From: Limisphaerales bacterium
GTDB taxonomy: Bacteria > Verrucomicrobiota > Verrucomicrobiia > Limisphaerales > UBA11358
DNA: 64,000 bases
Assembly: GCA_003134375.1 (NCBI GenBank)
Contig: PLAY01000176.1
Coordinates: 48,254-112,253, forward strand
Reading direction: 5' to 3'
Numbering within the stretch: the first letter of the stretch is position 1; the number at the start of each line of letters is the position of its first letter. Below the pieces are notes generated by a model, which saw only the letters and a list, made by a program, of their open reading frames with translations, did not search any database and was not told where the DNA came from. The position numbers and the translations under genes were made by a program. Positions 51,487-60,083 of the stretch are shown here, one piece after another.

Positions 51487-51837
51487 ATGCTCCCCCGGAA
51501 TCCCATTGGCCGGAACGTTTCCCGTTTGCGTTCCGAAAAGAACTGGTCACAGCAGGATCTGGCGACGCAGTTGCAATGCAAGGGAGTGGATGTCAGCCGG
51601 GACATGCTCGCCCGTGTTGAGCTGGGCATTGCCAAGGCGAGCGTTGATTTTCTCCTCGGTGTTCAAAAGGTTTTTTGCCTGCCCATCATCCGGTTTTTCT
51701 CAAAACAGATTCAAGACTTGGACGCAATGTATGCCAAGCCTGTCGCCGACCAACCGCCCGCTCCCGCAAAGAAACCCCGGCGAAAAAACTCCCGTCGCAA
51801 ATGCCAAAAGTTGACAAAAAAGCGACCGCCGATATAG
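51487..51837 (+). CDS. XRE-family HTH regulator with basic C-terminal tail
   Basis: IGRNVSRLRSEKNWSQQDLATQLQCKGVDVSRDMLARVELG. Confidence 0.75.
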   Translation: MLPRNPIGRNVSRLRSEKNWSQQDLATQLQCKGVDVSRDMLARVELGIAKASVDFLLGVQKVFCLPIIRFFSKQIQDLDAMYAKPVADQPPAPAKKPRRKNSRRKCQKLTKKRPPI

Positions 51838-51876
51838 ATAACCAGTTGGAACTTTTTGGTTCCAACCGCACATACC

Positions 51877-52137
51877 ATGAACATGCTGACCCAATACGGA
51901 CGAATGGCCGAGAAACACTGGCGCGAACATTGCCCGCACCTGGTGCGCGACTTGGAGGCGAAAGGACAGTTGCACACGATGTTGCTGGAGGCCGAGGAGA
52001 AGACGAAGGACGAGATGATCGAACTGACGCAGCAGTTCACCAAACAGGGGCTGACTCCGCAGCAGGCGCACGACCGCGCCTGGGAAATGGTGCGGGAGGA
52101 ATACATCCTGCTGCCGCCCGAAATGGTGACGAGTTAG
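51877..52137 (+). CDS. TnpV-like small protein
   Basis: LTQYGRMAEKHWREHCPHLVRDLEAKGQLHTMLLEAEE resembles the TnpV family (..GKYGRM...YLKEH.P..Y..L...G.L...L), from memory. Confidence 0.5.
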   Translation: MNMLTQYGRMAEKHWREHCPHLVRDLEAKGQLHTMLLEAEEKTKDEMIELTQQFTKQGLTPQQAHDRAWEMVREEYILLPPEMVTS

Positions 52138-55100
52138 TCCTCAATCAAAACTGTTATCGGATTTCCCCCGCCGATGGCCTTGGCGCCGGCTCGCCAAAGG
52201 AAAAGTTCCGCACCAACCTGGCCGCGATAAAGCTGGTTCACAGATTGCACGCCGAAAACCAACCAGCCAACCAAGAGGAGAAATCCGCGCTGGTGCGCTA
52301 TGTCGGCTGGGGTGCGATGCCCCAGGTGTTCGACGTGGACAGCACGAACTGGCACAAGGAACAAATCCAGCTTTCCGAAGTCCTGTCCGACGCGGAACAC
52401 CGCTCCGCCCGCGCCACCACCCTTAACGCCCATTACACCGCGCCCGTCGTCATCCAGGCCATGTATCAGGCCGCGCAACGGTTCGGCTTTCAAGGCGGCA
52501 ACATTTTGGAACCGGCGTGCGGCATCGGCCATTTCATCGGCCTCATGCCCGATGATATGCTCCGGCGCTCCGCAATCACCGGCATTGAAATTGATCCGCT
52601 GACAGCCCGGATTGCGAAGGCGCTTTATCCTGATGCCGACATCCGCGAGCAGCCGTTTGAAAAGTCCAAACTCACGGACGAATCTTACGACCTCGCCATT
52701 TCGAATGTGCCGTTCGGGGATTACACCGTCCATGATCCGCGCTGGAACGATTACAAATTTTCCATCCACGATTATTTCTTTGCCGCCGCGCTGGACAAGG
52801 TGCGTCCGGGCGGGCTGCTCATGTTCGTCACGTCCCGGCACACGCTGGACAAGCTCGATTCAACCTTGCGTGAAACACTTTCCGGCAAAACCGAGTTCCT
52901 TGGCGCAATCCGTCTCCCCAACACGGCGTTCAAGAAAAATGCCGGCACGGAAGTGACCACCGACATTGTGATGCTCCGCAAACTGCGCACCGGTGAATCA
53001 CCGCGCGGCCCCGCTTGGAAAATGGCGACAGATTTTGCCAATGACCGGCAGGAAAAGTTTTCCATCAACGAATACTTCGCCACCCATCCCGAAATGATGT
53101 TGGGCCAGATGCGGCTCGCCAGAGGAATGTATCGGGACGGTGAGCCGGTGCTGGTGCCGGACGACCGCGAGTTGGGCGCGGCGCTGGCACAGGCGGTTGC
53201 CCGGCTGCCCCAAAACATTTACGAAACCAAAACCCAATCCGCTGGCGAAAAAGTTTTTGATCCGGCCATTCCCGCGCCGGATTACATCAAGCCCAATGCC
53301 TATTGTATCCACGAGGATGGCCGGTTGTGTCTCAACGAGGATGGTGTCTTGCAACCATTGGACGATCTGCCGGTCGAAACGCGCTCGCGGATTCGGCGGC
53401 TGATTGCCGTGCGGGACGCGGTGCGGGATTGTATGCGCTCGCAGCTCGATGGCAGCGGCGAGGGGCAGATGGTCGAGGCGCGCGAGCAACTCAACTTCGC
53501 CTACGACCGTTTTATTTCCAGGTTCGGCTCCATCAATGCCCCGATCAATCAACGGGCGTTTCATGGCGACCCGGATTTGCCGTTGCTGCTTTCGCTGGAA
53601 AGCTACGACGAGGAAGCGAAAGTAGCGGTCAAAGCCGCGATTTTCCGCGAGCGCACCATCCATCACAAACAGCCGGTTGAATCGGTCGGTTCACCCAAGG
53701 AAGCCTTGCTTGTATCGCTGAATGAAAAAGGCCGGGTGGACTTGGCACACATGGCTGGTTTGCTGTCCCGTCCGGCAGAGGAATTCTTGCCGGACTTGAA
53801 AGGGATGGTTTTTCTCAACCCGGAAACCAAACAATGGGAAACCGAAGACCAGTATCTTTCCGGCAATGTCCGCGAGAAACTCGTCGCCGCCGATGCCGCC
53901 AGTGTCGCCGATGCCCGCTTCCGTGAAAATGTCGAGGCGTTGAAATCGGTGCAGCCGCAGGATTTGCCCGCGACCGAGATTGACGTGCGGCTGGGCGCAT
54001 CCTGGTTGCCGCCCGCAGACGTGCAGCAGTTCGTCCACGAGTTGCTCGCCGTCCCGTCCGGGGTTGAGGTCGGCCACATCCACGCGCTCGGCTCGTGGCA
54101 TATCACCGCGAATTGGGAGGCGAAGGGCGCGACCGCCAACACCACCGATTGGGGAACAAATCGTTACACCGCCCTCGAACTCATCGAGGAAACGCTGAAT
54201 CTTAAAACCCCCACCGTTTATGATTATGTGGACAAGAAGCCCGTCGTCAACGCGCAGGCGACCGAGGCCGCGCGGGAAAAACAGGAGCGCATCAAGGAAC
54301 GGTTTTCAAAATGGATATGGTCGGATGACGACCGGCGGGAACGGCTTTGCCGCCTTTACAATGACACCTTCAATCATTCGCGGGTCCGCACGTTCAACGG
54401 CGAACACCTGACGTTGCCGGGAGCCAGTGCGGCCGTGCAACTTCAAGGACACCAAAAGTCGGGTGTGTGGCGAACTTTGCAGACACCAAACATATTGCTC
54501 GGCCACGTCGTCGGCGCGGGCAAGACCTACACGATGGTTGCCTCTGCGATGGAACTGAAGCGGCTGGGGCTGGCACGCAAGCCCCTGTTTGCCGTTCCTA
54601 ATCACATGCTCGGCCAGTTTTCCAGCGAACTGCTCATGTTGTATCCGGGTGCAAACATCCTCGTGGCGGGCAAGGAGGACTTCGAGGCGCAGAACCGCAA
54701 GAAACTTTTCAGCCGCATCGCCACCGGCAATTGGGATGCCGTCATCGTCACGCACTCCGGCTTTGAGCGCATCCCGCTGTCACGCGAAACCCAGGAACGC
54801 TTTTTCAAGGAGCAGTTGGAGGAATTGGAAAAAATTAAACGGGAACACGCCGACCCGGACAACCGGCGCTTGGTGAAGGAACTCGAAAAGGCCAAGAAAC
54901 GTCTGGAAGCCAAACTCGAATCCCTCGCCGCCACGCATAAGAAAGACAACACGCTGACTTTTGAGGAACTAGGCATTGACCGGCTGTTTGTGGACGAGGC
55001 GCATTATTTCAAAAACCTGTTTTACGTCTCCAAGATGACGCGCATTGCCGGCCTGCCGCAGACCGCGAGCGAACGCGCATTCGATATGTATTTGAAAGTT

Positions 55101-56939
55101 CGTCATGTTCAATCCGTGAACAATGGCGGCGGCGTGGTGTTTGCCACCGGCACACCCATCGCCAACAGCATGGCCGAGATGTTCACCATGCAACGCTATT
55201 TGCAGCCGGACGACTTGAAAAAACATAACCTGAATCATTTTGATTCATGGGCCGCCACCTTCGGCGAGCCGGTGACAGCGATGGAACTTTCCCCGGACGG
55301 CGCGGGCTACCGGATCAACACGCGCTTCGCCCGGTTCGTCAACGTCCCGGAGCTGATGCAGATTTTCCGGCAGACGGCGGACGTGCAGACCGCGCAGATG
55401 CTCAATCTCAAACGTCCGAAACTGGAAGGGGAGAAACCGGCGATCCGCAATGCGCCGGCCTCTCCTGAATTAAAAAAGTTTGTCGAGGGGCTGGCCAAGC
55501 GCGCCGAGGCGTTGAAAACCGGGCGGGTTGACCCGCGCGAGGACAACATGCTCAAAATCACCACCGAAGGCCGCAAGGCCGCGCTGGATTTGCGCCTGAT
55601 GAAACCCGGCCTGCCGGACGACCCGCAGAGCAAAGTTAATCTCGCCGTGGAGAAAATTCATCAGATTTGGGAGGCGACCAAGGATGATCGTTTGGCGCAA
55701 CTTGTGTTTTGCGATTTGTCCACGCCGCAAGACCGGGGCTTTTCCGTTTATCGTGACGCAGCAGACAAATTGAAGCGCCTGGGCATACCGGAAAACGAAA
55801 TCGCCTTCATTCAGGATTATGATGCGGACAACGCGAAGGTGGCGCTTTTCCGTTCCGTTCGCGCGGGCAAGGTTCGCGTTCTGTTTGGCAGCACACAGAA
55901 GATGGGTTCCGGCACCAATGTCCAAGAACGTCTGATTGCGCTCCACCATCTGGATGCGCCGTGGCGACCCGCCGACGTGGAGCAGCGCGAGGGACGTATT
56001 TTGCGGCAGGGCAATCGAAATGCCAGCGTGCAGATTTATCGTTACGTCACGGAAGGCTCGTTCGATGCCTACATGTGGCAGACGTTGGAAACCAAGGCCA
56101 AGTTCATCGCCCAGGTGATGAGCGGAGACATGACCATGCGCCGCCTTGAAGACATGGACTCCGCTGCTTTGACCTATGCCGAGATCAAAGCCATTGCGTC
56201 CGGCAATCCGCTCGTCATCGAAAAAGCCCAGGTGGATGCCGAGTTGATCCGGCTGACCCGGCTGCGCTCTGCCCATGCCGAGGAACAATATCGCATCCGT
56301 AGCAGCCTGCGTCATTCGCACGAGGAGGTTGAGACTTGGACGGAACGGCTGGCAAACTTGCGCGAAGATTTAACCGGGCGGCAGGATACATCCGGCGACC
56401 GGTTTCGCATCGAATTGGACAAGCAGGTTCTGGATAATCGCGGAATTGCCGGGGAGTTGCTTTTGCGGCGGGCGGAGAAAACTAAAACTCGTTTTGGCGA
56501 GGACATCCGCATCGGGCGGTTCGCTGGTTTCGATATGTTCATCCGTTCCGGTTTCAACAATACCGCTGAACTCGTCCTGCGGGGCAAAAACAGTTACAGC
56601 AGCCGCGTTACCGATACGGCCTTGGGCACCATCCGTTCGCTGGAATCCGAGGTGCAGGGTTTTGAGGAGCGCGCCGCGCGGCTGGAAACCGACATCCGCG
56701 ATTCACGAAAACGCGGGGTTGAACTGGAAGCCAAGGTTGGCGCACCCTTCGAGAAGGAGGAACGGTATCATCATCTGGTCAAACGCCAGTCGGAAATCGA
56801 GGATCAACTTGACCTCACCAAGAATCAGGCTCCCAACCAGCTTGAAGCCGCTGAAAACACCGAGGCCATCGTCGAAGGGGAGCAGCCCGATAAAAACGAA
56901 ACCATCAAAACCAAACCCGCCCGGAGAATGAAAGTGTGA
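52134..56939 (+). CDS. N6-adenine DNA methyltransferase-SNF2/DEAD helicase fusion (conjugative-element type); start codon unresolved
   Basis: ILEPACGIGHFIG (SAM motif I) and ISNVPFGDY (motif IV). Helicase motifs VVGAGKTYT, VDEAHYFKN and QREGRILRQGN. The ORF is open from 51675, but 51675-52133 overlaps the TnpV-like frame and reads as Arg/Gly/Ala-rich shadow sequence. Confidence 0.85.
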   Translation, partial: LVLNQNCYRISPADGLGAGSPKEKFRTNLAAIKLVHRLHAENQPANQEEKSALVRYVGWGAMPQVFDVDSTNWHKEQIQLSEVLSDAEHRSARATTLNAHYTAPVVIQAMYQAAQRFGFQGGNILEPACGIGHFIGLMPDDMLRRSAITGIEIDPLTARIAKALYPDADIREQPFEKSKLTDESYDLAISNVPFGDYTVHDPRWNDYKFSIHDYFFAAALDKVRPGGLLMFVTSRHTLDKLDSTLRETLSGKTEFLGAIRLPNTAFKKNAGTEVTTDIVMLRKLRTGESPRGPAWKMATDFANDRQEKFSINEYFATHPEMMLGQMRLARGMYRDGEPVLVPDDRELGAALAQAVARLPQNIYETKTQSAGEKVFDPAIPAPDYIKPNAYCIHEDGRLCLNEDGVLQPLDDLPVETRSRIRRLIAVRDAVRDCMRSQLDGSGEGQMVEAREQLNFAYDRFISRFGSINAPINQRAFHGDPDLPLLLSLESYDEEAKVAVKAAIFRERTIHHKQPVESVGSPKEALLVSLNEKGRVDLAHMAGLLSRPAEEFLPDLKGMVFLNPETKQWETEDQYLSGNVREKLVAADAASVADARFRENVEALKSVQPQDLPATEIDVRLGASWLPPADVQQFVHELLAVPSGVEVGHIHALGSWHITANWEAKGATANTTDWGTNRYTALELIEETLNLKTPTVYDYVDKKPVVNAQATEAAREKQERIKERFSKWIWSDDDRRERLCRLYNDTFNHSRVRTFNGEHLTLPGASAAVQLQGHQKSGVWRTLQTPNILLGHVVGAGKTYTMVASAMELKRLGLARKPLFAVPNHMLGQFSSELLMLYPGANILVAGKEDFEAQNRKKLFSRIATGNWDAVIVTHSGFERIPLSRETQERFFKEQLEELEKIKREHADPDNRRLVKELEKAKKRLEAKLESLAATHKKDNTLTFEELGIDRLFVDEAHYFKNLFYVSKMTRIAGLPQTASERAFDMYLKVRHVQSVNNGGGVVFATGTPIANSMAEMFTMQRYLQPDDLKKHNLNHFDSWAATFGEPVTAMELSPDGAGYRINTRFARFVNVPELMQIFRQTADVQTAQMLNLKRPKLEGEKPAIRNAPASPELKKFVEGLAKRAEALKTGRVDPREDNMLKITTEGRKAALDLRLMKPGLPDDPQSKVNLAVEKIHQIWEATKDDRLAQLVFCDLSTPQDRGFSVYRDAADKLKRLGIPENEIAFIQDYDADNAKVALFRSVRAGKVRVLFGSTQKMGSGTNVQERLIALHHLDAPWRPADVEQREGRILRQGNRNASVQIYRYVTEGSFDAYMWQTLETKAKFIAQVMSGDMTMRRLEDMDSAALTYAEIKAIASGNPLVIEKAQVDAELIRLTRLRSAHAEEQYRIRSSLRHSHEEVETWTERLANLREDLTGRQDTSGDRFRIELDKQVLDNRGIAGELLLRRAEKTKTRFGEDIRIGRFAGFDMFIRSGFNNTAELVLRGKNSYSSRVTDTALGTIRSLESEVQGFEERAARLETDIRDSRKRGVELEAKVGAPFEKEERYHHLVKRQSEIEDQLDLTKNQAPNQLEAAENTEAIVEGEQPDKNETIKTKPARRMKV

Positions 56940-57120
56940 GACAAGGCAACATCATTGTAGAACGTATCCGCCTCCTGTGCGAGTTGCGGGGAGGTATGCG
57001 GAGGAAATTGCCTCGGAGCAGTGGCAAAATTCTTTTGTGAACGTCAGTCCAACATTGCCAGCGAACACCGACGGGCTTGATAGCGGCAGCCGTTCCGCGC
57101 CGCATCGCGCAACCCAATTC

Positions 57121-57372
57121 ATGGCCGACCGGGATGGTGATTTGCCGGTCTGGGTTCGCGCGCCAAAGCGCGGGCATGAATTTTATTCCGGCTGCTCGCG
57201 AGCAAAACTCTACGAATGGGCGGCCAAAAGTTTTATTCGATCCGTCTCCATTCGTGAACCCGGACGGATAAAAGGCGTCCGGCTTTTCCATCTTGCCAGC
57301 CTTCTGGCATTCATCGAGCGGTGTGAAGTCCGAGCGAATTCCGACCAAAACGACACCGGCAAACAACCCTGA
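57121..57372 (+). CDS. Xis-like small DNA-binding protein at the ICE end
   Basis: 83 aa (MADRDGDLPVWVRAPKRGHEFYSGCSRAKLYEWAAKSFIRSVSIREPGRIKGVRLFHLASLLAFIE). Position is adjacent to the att site. The functional assignment is by context. Confidence 0.5.
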   Translation: MADRDGDLPVWVRAPKRGHEFYSGCSRAKLYEWAAKSFIRSVSIREPGRIKGVRLFHLASLLAFIERCEVRANSDQNDTGKQP

Positions 57373-57408
57373 ACAAGGGTGGATTTATTATTGCTGCCAA
57401 GCCGGGCC

Positions 57409-57582
57409 TACGAGTGGGCGTTCAAAGGGTTCATCCACCGGCATCAATTCGTGAACTCAAACGGATAAAAGGCATCCGGTTTTTCCCTCTTGTCGGCATT
57501 CTGGCATTCATCAAGCAGTGTAAAATTCGGGTGGATTCTAACCCAAATGACATCGGCAAATAACCCTGAATAAAGGTGGACT
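57409..57582 (+). pseudogene. Degenerate duplicate of the 3' part of the Xis-like gene
   Basis: DNA-level homology to 57211-57385 (for example ggataaaaggc(g/a)tccgg, ttctggcattcatc(g/a)agc and caaa(c/t)aaccctgaa). The reading frame is broken by an early TAA. Confidence 0.65.
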
Positions 57583-57583
57583 T

Positions 57584-57608
57584 GTTGCCACTGGATGTTG
57601 CCACTAGA
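57584..57608 (+). promoter_or_regulatory. Putative integrase arm-type sites (GTTGCCACT x2), right end
   Basis: GTTGCCACTGGATGTTGCCACTAGA lies 35 nt inside the right att repeat. It matches 2425-2448. Confidence 0.55.
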
Positions 57609-57642
57609 CCCATAAATCCCATAAAACCATTGAAAATCAAAG

Positions 57643-57734
57643 TGGCGGAGAGAGGGGGATTCGAACCCCCGATACGGTTTAACCCGTATAACGGTTTAGC
57701 AAACCGTCGCCTTCAGCCACTCGGCCATCTCTCC
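57643..57734 (-). tRNA. tRNA-Ser: tRNA-Ser (anticodon GCU), with encoded CCA
   Basis: The reverse complement folds as acceptor GGAGAGA/TCTCTCC, D-arm GCC..GGC, anticodon stem ACGGT/ACCGT with loop TTGCTAA, a long variable arm and T-arm GGGGG-TTCGAAT-CCCCC. Confidence 0.9.
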
Positions 57735-57828
57735 AATAACCAATAGAATCAAGGTGTTTATGAGTTTTCAGACACCTTGAAAAACTTTGCATTTGACATT
57801 TGCCGACACTTTGCCGACATTAAAGGGC

Positions 57829-59115
57829 ATGAACGCAACCAAAGAACGGAACTGGACGCCGGTTAAGGGCGAGCAATTCGAGGCTGTCAGCGTTGGCAAT
57901 GTCACGGTGAAACTCTACCGTCGCCGACGCCTAACCGCAAACCGAAAAAAGAAGCGGACAATTTACGAGCTGGCCGACTACACCAGCGGCGTGCGCCGGT
58001 TGCGCGGCTTCACCGATCACGGCGGCGCCCGCAAGGAAGCCGAAAAAATCGCCCGCCAGCTTTCCAGCGGTGACGCGACGGCGGCAACCATGCGGAACAG
58101 TGAGGCGGCCAGTTACGGGCGGGCGGTTGAATTGCTGCGTCCAACCGGAATTGCCCTGGAAGTGGCGGCGGGCATCGTTGCGAAGGCTGTTGAGATTCTC
58201 GGCGAGGACCGCATCATCGAGGCGGCGCATTTTCTCAAACGGCACGGAGCTTGCCAAGTGACGCGCAAGCGCGTTGCCGACGTGGTAGCCGAATTGATTG
58301 CAGCCAAAGAAGCGCGCGGCAAATCGGCGCGTTACACCGGCGACCTGTCCGCACGGTTGAACCGTTTCGCCAAGTCGTTTGCCGTGGACATTAGCACGGT
58401 GACGACCGCCGAAGTGCAAAAGTGGCTGGACGGCCTGAAACTCTCGGCGCAATCGGCGCGGAATTTCCGCACGGTTATCGGCACGCTGTTTTCTTTCGCC
58501 GAGTCACGCGGTTACATTTTCAAAGGCGGCAATCCAATCGAGGGCACGGAACAAATCACGGCCAACGGCGGCAACATTCAGATTTTCACCCCGGACGAAA
58601 TCACCGCGTTACTCAAAGCCGCGACGCGGGAATTTTTGCCCATCATTGCGCTTGGCGCGTTCGCCGGATTACGCACCGCAGAAATTGAACGGCTGGAATG
58701 GAAAGACGTGGACTTGACCGGCGCGTTTATCACCGTCGCCAGCGACAAAGCCAAGACACGATCACGGCGGCTTGTGCCTGTCCTGCCGAATCTCGCGCAA
58801 TGGCTCGCGCGTTACGCCCGGCGCAAGGGCAAAATCTGGAAGGGCACAACCAACGATTTACAGGACGCACGCGCAGCTTGTGTGAAGGCGGCAAAGACAC
58901 CATGGAAAGATAACGGCTTGCGGCACAGCTTCATTTCCTACCGGCTGGCCAGCATTCAAAACGCCGCGCAAGTGGCATTGGAAGCGGGCAACAGCCCGGC
59001 AATGGTGTTCAAACACTACCGCGAGATTGTGAAGCCCGCCGCCGCCGTAACTTGGTTTGCCGTCGCGCCAGAGCAACCAGCCAACATCGTGAACCTAAAA
59101 GGAAAGGCCGCATAA
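57829..59115 (+). CDS. int: Second tyrosine recombinase/integrase (different family member from 2468-3622)
   Basis: GLRTAEIERLEW, LRHSFISYRLA and GNSPAMVFKHYRE. ATG at 57829 preceded by AAAGGG. Confidence 0.85.
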   Translation: MNATKERNWTPVKGEQFEAVSVGNVTVKLYRRRRLTANRKKKRTIYELADYTSGVRRLRGFTDHGGARKEAEKIARQLSSGDATAATMRNSEAASYGRAVELLRPTGIALEVAAGIVAKAVEILGEDRIIEAAHFLKRHGACQVTRKRVADVVAELIAAKEARGKSARYTGDLSARLNRFAKSFAVDISTVTTAEVQKWLDGLKLSAQSARNFRTVIGTLFSFAESRGYIFKGGNPIEGTEQITANGGNIQIFTPDEITALLKAATREFLPIIALGAFAGLRTAEIERLEWKDVDLTGAFITVASDKAKTRSRRLVPVLPNLAQWLARYARRKGKIWKGTTNDLQDARAACVKAAKTPWKDNGLRHSFISYRLASIQNAAQVALEAGNSPAMVFKHYREIVKPAAAVTWFAVAPEQPANIVNLKGKAA

Positions 59116-59522
59116 TGAAAAACAAAACGCAACGAACAACAGAGCCAATAAAATACCCGCTGACACTCAAAAAGTTTTTAATCCTTATGCTTCCCGCGCT
59201 TTACAACAAGCCCAAGCGACGCGAGGCCGCATGGCGCGTGTTTCGCAACAGCGACCACGCTCTAGGCCATCATTTTAGTATTCAGGGCGGCAAGTGGTGG
59301 ACAATGAAACAACTGGCAGACCACATAAATAAAACAAAAGAGATTCCAGACGAGGGCATTTACTGGAATCTCGCTAAATCCTTTGGTTCTTGGTATGGAT
59401 ATTGGCGGCCACAAACGACAAGCGACCAGAACAAGCAAAAGGCACTCAAACGCCACAAAAAAACCGGCGCACGGCCAAACCGCGTTGCCTTGAAAGAAAT
59501 CTCAAAGAGCCTATTGACATAA
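59115..59522 (+). CDS. Hypothetical basic protein
   Basis: 135-aa ORF whose ATG overlaps the integrase stop by 1 nt. Confidence 0.45.
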   Translation: MKNKTQRTTEPIKYPLTLKKFLILMLPALYNKPKRREAAWRVFRNSDHALGHHFSIQGGKWWTMKQLADHINKTKEIPDEGIYWNLAKSFGSWYGYWRPQTTSDQNKQKALKRHKKTGARPNRVALKEISKSLLT

Positions 59523-59554
59523 TTTTTTCGCCGTAAAGTTACCTTTAGCACAAG

Positions 59555-59589
59555 CCGCCTTGCACTTTTGCAGGGCGGTTTTTGTTTTT
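59555..59589 (+). terminator. Rho-independent terminator
   Basis: CCGCCTTGCA-CTTT-TGCAGGGCGG followed by TTTTTGTTTTT. Confidence 0.7.
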
Positions 59590-59703
59590 CTACCATTCCC
59601 CCCGCTGAATCGTTCAAAACGCCACGCGCAAACGGCCAAAAGTTACCTTTTGCAGGCCGCCCGCGAGACGCCGCCTTGCGACACGTCGAGTATTTTTGCG
59701 GGC

Positions 59704-59925
59704 ATGGGAAAAAAATATTCGACACAAAACGCGGCAGCAAAACCCGCCGCTGAACTTCTTACGGATGCACAGGCCGCCGAGATTTTAACGGTTGAACCAA
59801 GGACGTTGAGGCTTTGGCGGAACACTCGCCAGCTTCCTTTTCTAAAAATCACTTCGAGGGTTATCAGGTATCGGCGCGCCGATCTGGAAGCCTGGCTGAA
59901 CCGCACGCGCACCGTCATTTCGTAA
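59704..59925 (+). CDS. AlpA/excisionase-family HTH protein
   Basis: LTDAQAAEILTVEPRTLRLWRNTRQLPFLKITSRVIRYRRADLEAWL. Confidence 0.75.
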   Translation: MGKKYSTQNAAAKPAAELLTDAQAAEILTVEPRTLRLWRNTRQLPFLKITSRVIRYRRADLEAWLNRTRTVIS

Positions 59926-60083
59926 AACTTGGACTTCTTTACATGGGTAGATGATGAAAAGTTTTTTACGATTCTCCAAGGCCAGTGGCTCGACAAAGAG
60001 GCGCGTTGAAAATTTTGTCCGCCGTGGCGAACGCGCTACGCGCCGCGCTCTGACATCCTCAAAACGCCGCGAGCTTTACAATC

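Larger units (their letters stand above)
2322..57676. mobile_element. Integrative conjugative element (~55.4 kb) inserted in the 3' end of tRNA-Ser(GCU)
   Basis: 34-bp direct repeats at both ends. Contains integrase, Xis-like protein, relaxase, coupling protein, ParA, a VirB-like T4SS and matching arm-type motifs inside both ends. Confidence 0.85.

Noticed and set aside
51149-51814. 221-aa plus-strand ORF spanning the intergenic region and the XRE gene
   Set aside because: It is out of frame with the recognisable XRE HTH, it spans the putative terminator, and it has no motifs.
51675-52133. N-terminal 153 codons of the longest methylase-helicase ORF
   Set aside because: It overlaps the XRE gene's 3' end and the TnpV-like ORF in other frames, and it reads as Arg/Gly/Ala-rich filler. 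It is treated as non-coding in this frame. See the finding on the unresolved start codon.
52134-56321. Long minus-strand ORFs (52134-52841, 52998-53666, 55470-56321) inside the methylase-helicase gene
   Set aside because: They are antisense shadows of a CDS with complete methylase and SNF2 motif sets.
56973-56982. A third copy of the palindromic box (10-mer TCCTGTGCGA) upstream of the Xis-like gene
   Set aside because: Only 10 nt match and the flanks differ, so chance cannot be excluded. It is mentioned within the palindromic-box finding but not called as a feature.
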